Positions 1 to 6,682 of a DNA stretch of 57,082 bases are shown piece after piece. A program made the position numbers and the translations under genes. The DNA is from Candidatus Latescibacterota bacterium. Its GTDB lineage: Bacteria; Latescibacterota; UBA2968. The notes beneath the pieces were generated by a model. It did no database searches, had not been told where the DNA came from, and worked only from the letters and a program-made list of their open reading frames with translations. The stretch lies in contig DPVD01000106.1 in the NCBI GenBank assembly GCA_003526745.1, positions 3,664 to 60,745 on the forward strand. The letters run 5' to 3'. Position 1 is the stretch's first letter. Each line of letters opens with the position of its first letter.

Positions 1-95
1 TTCAATGTAACAAGCCAGTACGAGTCTACTGAGCCGAAGAGGCCGAGCAGAACCCAGAACATCAACCCCGCTGTCCCGCAACGGAGTGCGTTCAT
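1..95 (-). CDS. hypothetical membrane protein, N-terminal fragment running off the left edge
   Basis: Manual minus-strand read: ATG at 95-93, then MNALRCGTAGLMFWVLLGLFGSVDSYWLVTL..., hydrophobic and TM-like, open to base 1. Not in the ORF track because it is truncated. Weak support. Confidence 0.25.
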   Translation of the reverse strand, partial: MNALRCGTAGLMFWVLLGLFGSVDSYWLVTL

Positions 96-612
96 AAGAC
101 AGGGGGAGACCTTGAAAGATTGAGTCCGCACAACGGTGGCGCTGATAGCCCAGATTAGCGAGCAGGCGACACCAACAAGATCCCCTTCGCTTATCGTGAT
201 CAAGTCTCACCTTTGGACTTGCAGAAAGCGGCGGCCGTCAGCGCGTACGCGCGCGCCACACGGAAAAGCTCCAACACCGACACGAAGGGGTCTTTCTCAT
301 CCACCTGAAAAACGTCGCCCTGCATAGAACATTTGATCCTCGCCTGCATACCGTTTCAACGCGCCACCTTCAATACGATCGCTTCGAGCACATTGGACAC
401 AGCCTCCGCATCCAAGATCGGGCTTGGTGTATCTATCAGCCTCCTAGCCGTCTCCACGATCAGATCCTCACGGACCGCTCGTAGGACAGTCTTGGCTGCA
501 TCAGCCTCGATCGCGGTCTTGCCCTCAGTTGTCCGCAGTTTTCGGAAACCTTATCTTCATTGCACAGAGGGCCATTCAATCCCCGATCATCCATCATCAA
601 TTCTCGATTCCC

Positions 613-1134
613 ATGGCCGACGAAGACGAAGAACTATTAGACGAAGACGAACACGAAGAGTTAAACTGGCCGATGATCATCATCGCGGCTATCGTCGTAA
701 TCGGCCTAATCGGTGGGGCTATCTGGTACTTCCTGATTCGAGAGCCTCCAGTAGAGGTAGACAAAGAGCCTGAGTATGAGGCACCGGAAACGCTCGTCGA
801 GGAATCAATATATCTCGACATGCCGGAAATGATCATCAGTCCTCGTGACGGCAAAGGTCGGTTTTACTTGATCGTGAAATTCGACGTCGCCATGAACGAC
901 AAGGGTGCCGTGTTCGACGAAATGGTGCTCAAACCCTGGAAGTACTCCCAAGCGCTCAATTTCGTCATCGACGTCTACAGCGACTACACGCGAGAAGAAC
1001 TTCGAACGCCGAAGATCAAGGAGATGGCCCGTCAAAGCATACTCGACGAGTGGAACCACATCGTCGGGTGGGAATACGACTTGGAGCCCCCACCAATCAA
1101 GGCGCTCTACTACACCACCTACGTTCTTCAGTGA
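613..1134 (+). CDS. fliL: FliL-like flagellar basal-body-associated protein
   Basis: ORF 529..1134; likely start ATG 613 (MADEDEE...). Acidic N-terminus, one TM helix (WPMIIIAAIVVIGLIGGAIWYF), then a FliL-type domain (YLDMPEMIISPRDGKGRFYLIVKFDVAMND). The C-terminus ALYYTTYVLQ resembles the typical FliL ending. Confidence 0.6.
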   Translation: MADEDEELLDEDEHEELNWPMIIIAAIVVIGLIGGAIWYFLIREPPVEVDKEPEYEAPETLVEESIYLDMPEMIISPRDGKGRFYLIVKFDVAMNDKGAVFDEMVLKPWKYSQALNFVIDVYSDYTREELRTPKIKEMARQSILDEWNHIVGWEYDLEPPPIKALYYTTYVLQ

Positions 1135-1137
1135 TGG

Positions 1138-1896
1138 TCAGTCCGCCGATCGGAAGAACTCGATCGCCTCGTTGGTCGCATCCATGGGATGGGCGCCAGC
1201 CGGGACAATGAACTCGAACTGCTCGTCTGCCAGCTCTCGGTTACCCTGCACCTCCGTGAAGGTTTGGACGAGGATCTCGTTCCCCTTGTCGTCGAATAGA
1301 CGGGCAATGCGAAGGAGCCCGTCCACAGATTGAACGTTCAGTCGGACTATTGCCGGCGGCGAAGGAAGCTGGGCGGCTAGAAGGCTCGGCAGGGGCACCG
1401 CCTCGAAGGCCTCGTGAACGACGCCCCCAACCGTGTCCTGCCCTGTATGCCGGATCGTCTCCCAATCCACTCCCCTGAATGGCCGCAGAGGATCGTAATG
1501 ATGGACATCAGCCTCGAATTTGGTGACTTGATAGACCCGCGCAAGGTTGATCCGAGTCACCATATTCTCTGACTTTTCGAGCATCCAAAGATAGCTCCCG
1601 TCACTCAGGACAAGCTGCCCTTCTCCCTCCGGCAGGTCGTCTTCGATCCGCATCTTTCCGGGACCCTTGTAGAATCCCTTGGCGACGATCGTAATCTCCT
1701 GATCCCCCACACGGATCGTCGTCGAAACGACGGCCCTACAGGTCTTGAGACCTTTCGCCTTCTTCTGAAGCTTCACCATCTCGCGATCGGTCGCATCATC
1801 CCCCGTTGACTTGGTGTTGTCCTTACCCTCCGCAAGCGTTTGCGTAAAACCGAGCAGGAGCAGCACTGCTACAAAAGCAGTCAGTCTGTTCATCAT
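1138..1896 (-). CDS. secreted LolA-like (outer-membrane lipoprotein carrier/sorting fold) protein
   Basis: ORF 1138..1998. The probable start at MMNRL (1896) gives a signal peptide MMNRLTAFVAVLLLLGFTQTLAEG. Size and beta-rich pattern (SDGSYLWMLEKSENMVTRINL) resemble LolA/LppX-fold proteins. Family call is from memory only. Confidence 0.45.
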   Translation of the reverse strand: MMNRLTAFVAVLLLLGFTQTLAEGKDNTKSTGDDATDREMVKLQKKAKGLKTCRAVVSTTIRVGDQEITIVAKGFYKGPGKMRIEDDLPEGEGQLVLSDGSYLWMLEKSENMVTRINLARVYQVTKFEADVHHYDPLRPFRGVDWETIRHTGQDTVGGVVHEAFEAVPLPSLLAAQLPSPPAIVRLNVQSVDGLLRIARLFDDKGNEILVQTFTEVQGNRELADEQFEFIVPAGAHPMDATNEAIEFFRSAD

Positions 1897-1917
1897 CGGG
1901 ACATCCTGAGTATTTGT

Positions 1918-2526
1918 ATGAGAGAGTTCATCCTCAGAGCGCGTAAGACGCCCACATCCGGAGCCTTTTCTCTGGATAGCCTTCCTAAGGCCGGCCATAT
2001 GGAGGTTGTGGCTTCCTGCATTTCGAATGCGATCTTCGTCTCGAATCAGCTGCGAACAGACACGACCATCAGCGTCGTCCTGGAAGGCGGCCCGGAGCCA
2101 CCGAAAACACTTCGCATCTCAGGCGACAACCTCGGATCGCTGGATGGTTTCGATGAGCGAAGCATCGCTCGCACGATCCAGACGTCACTTGAAGCCGGAA
2201 GGGGTCTCGAACTGCACGAAACGCGTGCCGTCGACCGCGGGATCACAATAGCTAAAATCGCCTTCGAACATCTTCTACAGGATCGTCCGCCCGAGTCCCT
2301 CTTCTATCTGGACCGAAGGGGCCAAGACATCCGCCACGTCGACCTGCCCCCCGATCTAACCTTCGTTTTCTCCGACTACCTTTCCATGCCGAAGAAGTCG
2401 GGAAAGTATCTCGCCCGCCTGGGCGCTACCCCGATCTCTCTCGGTCCCAAGACCTTGTTCGCCTCCCACTGCATCGTCCTCGTCCACAATGAAATGGACC
2501 GAAGAGCAAATCCGTGCTCTGCGTGA
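1918..2526 (+). CDS. trmY: TrmY-like SPOUT methyltransferase (tRNA pseudouridine54 N1-methyltransferase family)
   Basis: ORF 1840..2526; start ATG 1918. MREFILRARKTPTSGAFSLDSLPKAGHMEVV..., DERSIA and ISLGPKTLFASHCIVLVHNEMD line up with my memory of archaeal TrmY (Mj1640: MREFIFKANKTITS...DLPG...DERNIA...ISLSP..LHANHCITIIHNVLD). Confidence 0.75.
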   Translation: MREFILRARKTPTSGAFSLDSLPKAGHMEVVASCISNAIFVSNQLRTDTTISVVLEGGPEPPKTLRISGDNLGSLDGFDERSIARTIQTSLEAGRGLELHETRAVDRGITIAKIAFEHLLQDRPPESLFYLDRRGQDIRHVDLPPDLTFVFSDYLSMPKKSGKYLARLGATPISLGPKTLFASHCIVLVHNEMDRRANPCSA

Positions 2527-2594
2527 CGAGTTCGGAGTGCAGAGTTTAGAATGGCACATCGCTATGAAGCCTGCACTCTGAACTCACCCTCGCC

Positions 2595-4382
2595 TCAAAC
2601 TCTGTAATGCACAACCCCCTCCGGCAACTCCGCCTGATTCAACGGACAGTTCTTCGGACATCCTCTCTCGCACGGCGACTCATTGTCCAGCTTTTCCCAC
2701 ACCACACTGAGTGCCCGATACAAAGACCGGTGAAAATGCTCCTCTCCTAGCTCCTCGATGAACCCCGTCCGATCGAGCGAGACGCGAACTTGCTCCTTGA
2801 TCCGGGTGAAGTAGGTCTCCACACCGCCTTCCTTCAGACCGTGCACCACGTGGACCAGCATCGCCTCGCCCGTCGCATCGATATGGTTAATCCCTTCGGC
2901 GTCCACGACCAGATACTTCAGCTCCGGCATCTTCGACACGCGTTCGAGAATCTTACCTTCAAAATATCCCGCACTTCCGAAATAGAGCGACCCGTCAAAG
3001 CGGATCAGAGAGATGTGTTCGCACGTCTGAAGGCCGAACGACTCGGAGTCTCGGAACGTTCCATCTGGATACCGTGACAATGAGACGACTCGCGGCATCA
3101 TTGTTCGATACAGATACGCGAACAGCGAGAGGCTGACGCCGATCAGGATGCCGTAGTCGAGGTGTGGGGCAAAGGACAATGTGAGGAAGAAGGTCGAGGC
3201 GGCCACAACGCCGTCGTGTTTCTGTACTCGCCACGCCCGAACAATCGGATCAACCTGAATTAGACCGGCCACAGCCATCAGGATGATCGCTGCAAGCGTG
3301 GCAAGAGGCAAATGATAGAACAGCGGGGTCAACCAGAGCAGTGTCACCAAAACGAGACAGCCTGCAATGATCGACGAGAATCCTGTCCGTGCACCCGCTC
3401 TAAAGTTCAGAGCTGACCGGACGAAAGAGCCCGATATCGGCATGCTCTGGAAGAAACTACCCACGAGATTAGCAAGCCCCTGTCCGAGCAGCTCGCGGTT
3501 CTCGGCGATCCGCTGCTTCGACTGCGTGGCAATGGCCTTCGCGATCGAAATCGTCTCTACAAAAGCGATAAATGCGATCGTCGCGGCTGCCGTAAACAGC
3601 TCAACGAACAGGCCAATATTGATCTCAGGTACGAGAAACAACGGCATACCCTCTGGGATCTTCCCGACGACCTGTCCGCCGTGCACTGCCTCGAAGTCCG
3701 TATACCACGCCACGGTTGTCGTCAGCACGACTGCCACGAGAACCCAGGGAGATTGAGGTTTCCAGCGTTTGAGCCCAATCATCACGGCGAACGCCAGAAT
3801 CGCGATCCCGATTGTCGGAATATGAGGATGCTGCAGAGACTCCGTTAGTATCGTCCAGACCCGCACGAAATACGAGCCGCCAGAAGCAACCGTTACGCCA
3901 AAAAGCATGTCGATCTGCGAGGTCCCAATGATCACCGCAGCGGCGTTCGTGAACCCAAGAACGACGGGCTGGGACAGAAAATTAACGAGAACACCGAGTC
4001 GGACGATCCCAAGCAGCAGCTGAATGACGCCGACCATCAGAGTCAGCACCACGGCGTAAGTGATGTGCTCAGCGGATCCTGGAACCGCAAACGGCTGCAG
4101 GGCGGCCGCGGTCATGAGGGACACGAGCGCTACGGAGCCGCTTGTCAGGTGTCTCGATGATCCAAAGAGCGCAGCGATGATCGGGGGCAGGAAGGCGGCA
4201 TACAGACCGTAGTAAGGCGGTAGGCTGGCCAACTGAGCGTGTGCCATCGCCTGCGGGATCAGCACGAGCGTGACAGTCACGCCTGCCACGAGATCTGCCC
4301 GCAGGATCTTCGGGTTCTTCAGCTCTCCGATCCACGCCGTAAACGGGAGAAGCTGAAACAGCTTTACGTCCGAAAGCTTCAA
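2595..4382 (-). CDS. SulP family inorganic anion transporter with C-terminal STAS domain
   Basis: 595 aa. N-terminal SulP signature region (ADLVAGVTVTLVLIPQAMAHAQLASLPPYYGLYAAFLPPIIAALFGSSRHL), multiple TM segments and a STAS-like C-terminus (ISLIRFDGSLYFGSAGYFE...VVDAEGINHIDATGEAML). Confidence 0.9.
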   Translation of the reverse strand: MKLSDVKLFQLLPFTAWIGELKNPKILRADLVAGVTVTLVLIPQAMAHAQLASLPPYYGLYAAFLPPIIAALFGSSRHLTSGSVALVSLMTAAALQPFAVPGSAEHITYAVVLTLMVGVIQLLLGIVRLGVLVNFLSQPVVLGFTNAAAVIIGTSQIDMLFGVTVASGGSYFVRVWTILTESLQHPHIPTIGIAILAFAVMIGLKRWKPQSPWVLVAVVLTTTVAWYTDFEAVHGGQVVGKIPEGMPLFLVPEINIGLFVELFTAAATIAFIAFVETISIAKAIATQSKQRIAENRELLGQGLANLVGSFFQSMPISGSFVRSALNFRAGARTGFSSIIAGCLVLVTLLWLTPLFYHLPLATLAAIILMAVAGLIQVDPIVRAWRVQKHDGVVAASTFFLTLSFAPHLDYGILIGVSLSLFAYLYRTMMPRVVSLSRYPDGTFRDSESFGLQTCEHISLIRFDGSLYFGSAGYFEGKILERVSKMPELKYLVVDAEGINHIDATGEAMLVHVVHGLKEGGVETYFTRIKEQVRVSLDRTGFIEELGEEHFHRSLYRALSVVWEKLDNESPCERGCPKNCPLNQAELPEGVVHYRV

Positions 4383-4633
4383 GAAGGCTCCTCCGAACCA
4401 GTTGACAGGAGGCCAGAAATTGATGAATGAACAGGTTGTCTCATCGACGATCCATAATCCTCATCCAGCCCGATCCTGTCAAGGCAAATGAGTCCTAATT
4501 GTGTGTATACGAACGAGTTGCGTCGTTTCTGAATAGGCGGCTTCCTGTTGATTTCGTCACATGGTTGTCGCATATTCAAAAGTCTGCCCCTCCCATATTC
4601 CACTTGGACGGACAAACTCTCAGAAAGGGTCCT

Positions 4634-6163
4634 ATGCCACACGTGCTTCGCCGATCGGTCACGATACTTTACGCGCTCCTGCTGGCGATTTGCCTCTGGC
4701 CCTCAGCCTTGCTTGCGGAGGAGGCATCAGGAAGCTGGATTCAGTCGCAAATCTCCCACCTCAACGAGGTGCTCGGCGAAACAGTCGGCCTCATCTTCGC
4801 TTTCCTCTTCTACGATTTCGGCACTGGATTTCCGCTGATCATAGCCGTCCTCGTACTTGGAGGCATCTACTACACCTTCTTCTTTGGCTGGCTTTCGATC
4901 CGGGGTTTCAGACACGCGATCGACGTGATCCGCGGCCACTACGACAACCCCGACGATCCCGGCGAGATCTCGCATTTCCAGGCTCTCACGAGCGCACTCT
5001 CGGCGACCGTCGGTCTCGGAAATATAGCAGGCGTGGCGATTGCCGTCGGAACGGGTGGTCCGGGAGCCGTCTTCTGGATGGTCCTGACGGCCCTCTTTGG
5101 GATGTCGTCCAAGCTCGCATCCTGCACGCTTGCCGTGATGTATCGGAACGTCAAAGAGAACGGACACGTATCCGGCGGCCCGATGTACTACCTTGAACAC
5201 GGCTTGGCGCGCAAGGGTCTTCGCTCGCTTGGGAGGACGCTTGCGGTCGCATTCGCACTCCTCACAATAGGCGGCTCGTTTGGGGGCGGGAACATGTTCC
5301 AGGCCAACCAGACAATCGAGGCACTCAGCACAATTTCGCCTGCGGTGAAGTCTCTAGACTGGCTGATCGGAAGCATCCTCGCCATTTTCGTCGCGATCGT
5401 CATCATCGGTGGAATCCGTCGGATCGGGAGCGTCACTTCGCGTCTCGTCCCGAGCATGTGCATCCTTTACGTTATGACATCGTTACTAATCATCTTCTAC
5501 AATGCCGCGGAGGTTCCGGCGCTTCTCGCCCGAATCGTCTCTGAAGCGTTCACGGGGTCGGCGATCTACGGTGGTGCCCTAGGCGTCTTGATCATCGGTG
5601 TCCGCCGGGCAGCCTTCTCCAATGAGGCCGGCTTGGGTTCAGCCGCCTTCGCTCACGCAGCCGCCAAGACAGATGAGCCCGCACGCGAGGGCATCGTTGC
5701 AATGATCGGTCCCTTCATCGACACCATCATCATCTGCGTGATGACGGCTCTCGTCTGCATGATCACCGGAGTCTTCGAGGACGCCGAGCTCAAAAACAAG
5801 GGCGTTGCGATGACGGCAGCGGCCTTCGAGTCGTTCATCCCGGGCGCTCGATACGTGCTCGCGGTCGCAGTCGTGCTGTTCGCATACTCGACTATGATCT
5901 CTTGGTCCTACTACGGCGAGCGGGCCTGGGAGTACTTGTTCGGTGACGGTGCAACGCTCATCTACCGATGCATCTTCGTCTGCTTCGTATTCATCGGTTC
6001 GGTCACGGATCTTGAGAACGTCCTAAACTTCTCCGACGCGATGATCCTAGGAATGGCCTTCCCGAACATCCTGGGCGGTATCATACTGAGCCCGCAGATC
6101 AAGCAAGTGCTGAATGAATATTGGGAGCGATACAAATCAGGCGAGATGAAGAAATACAAGTAG
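4634..6163 (+). CDS. alanine/glycine:cation symporter (AGCS) family transporter
   Basis: ORF 4499..6163; likely start ATG 4634 (MPHVLRR...). AGCS hallmarks FQALTSALSATVGLGNIAGVAIAVGTGGPGAVFWM and RRAAFSNEAGLGSAAFAHAAAKT; polytopic membrane protein. Confidence 0.9.
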   Translation: MPHVLRRSVTILYALLLAICLWPSALLAEEASGSWIQSQISHLNEVLGETVGLIFAFLFYDFGTGFPLIIAVLVLGGIYYTFFFGWLSIRGFRHAIDVIRGHYDNPDDPGEISHFQALTSALSATVGLGNIAGVAIAVGTGGPGAVFWMVLTALFGMSSKLASCTLAVMYRNVKENGHVSGGPMYYLEHGLARKGLRSLGRTLAVAFALLTIGGSFGGGNMFQANQTIEALSTISPAVKSLDWLIGSILAIFVAIVIIGGIRRIGSVTSRLVPSMCILYVMTSLLIIFYNAAEVPALLARIVSEAFTGSAIYGGALGVLIIGVRRAAFSNEAGLGSAAFAHAAAKTDEPAREGIVAMIGPFIDTIIICVMTALVCMITGVFEDAELKNKGVAMTAAAFESFIPGARYVLAVAVVLFAYSTMISWSYYGERAWEYLFGDGATLIYRCIFVCFVFIGSVTDLENVLNFSDAMILGMAFPNILGGIILSPQIKQVLNEYWERYKSGEMKKYK

Positions 6164-6618
6164 TATGAAAGTTTTGATCTAGAGTCGCAGAGTTGGATTT
6201 TCGTGCGAAGACGGGTGTTGTCCCGAACCAAGGGCAGCACCCGATTCGCATCCCCCACGAATGAGGACAGAATACTAGGCCAGACAGGGAAGAGCGAGGA
6301 GCACACCTGGTCTTCAGTGGGCTCTTACTGGTGCGGATATCCTTGAGGTTAACCCAAAAGTCTACGGTCACGCGAATTTCGACAAGTCGCGCTGCATGAT
6401 CTACGACTTCGTCTTGGCTTCCGAGATCAAGATATACCTGAATGAGGTGCGTGAGATTTCGCCGTTCAACGGAACAGCCTTAGTGCCGAAACCGAGGCTT
6501 AGTATCGCCGGGTCCATAAACGAAGGAGAGACCGAAGATACCCCAGGAGGAACAGCATTGTTTGGAATGCTGCCCAAGTCACAGGAATGGTCAGGCTCAG
6601 CCTGCGAAGCATCTGCAA

Positions 6619-6668
6619 AAGGAAAACAGAAAAGGGCGACCCACTCGTGGATCGCCCTTTTCATTTCG
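6619..6668. terminator. bidirectional rho-independent terminator
   Basis: AAAGGGCGA-cccactcgtgga-TCGCCCTTT hairpin (6631-6660), flanked by an A-run upstream and TTTTCATTT downstream. It lies 20 nt past the stop of the minus-strand UPF0182 gene. Confidence 0.7.
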
Positions 6669-6682
6669 ACTGTGATGAACTG

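Noticed and set aside
361-363. In-frame TGA as evidence for stop-codon reassignment or selenocysteine
   Set aside because: TGA terminates several well-defined genes in this window (dop, uvrC, hisC, hisD), and no SECIS-like hairpin was seen after it.
540-612. Sigma-28-like -10 (CCCCGATCA versus GCCGATAA) upstream of fliL
   Set aside because: There is no TAAA-type -35 element at the right spacing, so the match is too weak to call.
333-773. 146-aa plus-strand ORF overlapping the fliL start
   Set aside because: It is extremely Arg/Ser/Thr-rich with no fold-like pattern, it overlaps the better-supported fliL frame, and it is probably a shadow of minus-strand coding-like sequence.
4383-4633. Possible glycine riboswitch upstream of the alanine/glycine:cation symporter
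   Set aside because: AGCS genes are often glycine-riboswitch controlled. I could not find the conserved ACCGAAGGGGCAA / CTCTGGAGAG-type cores in this 250-bp divergent region.
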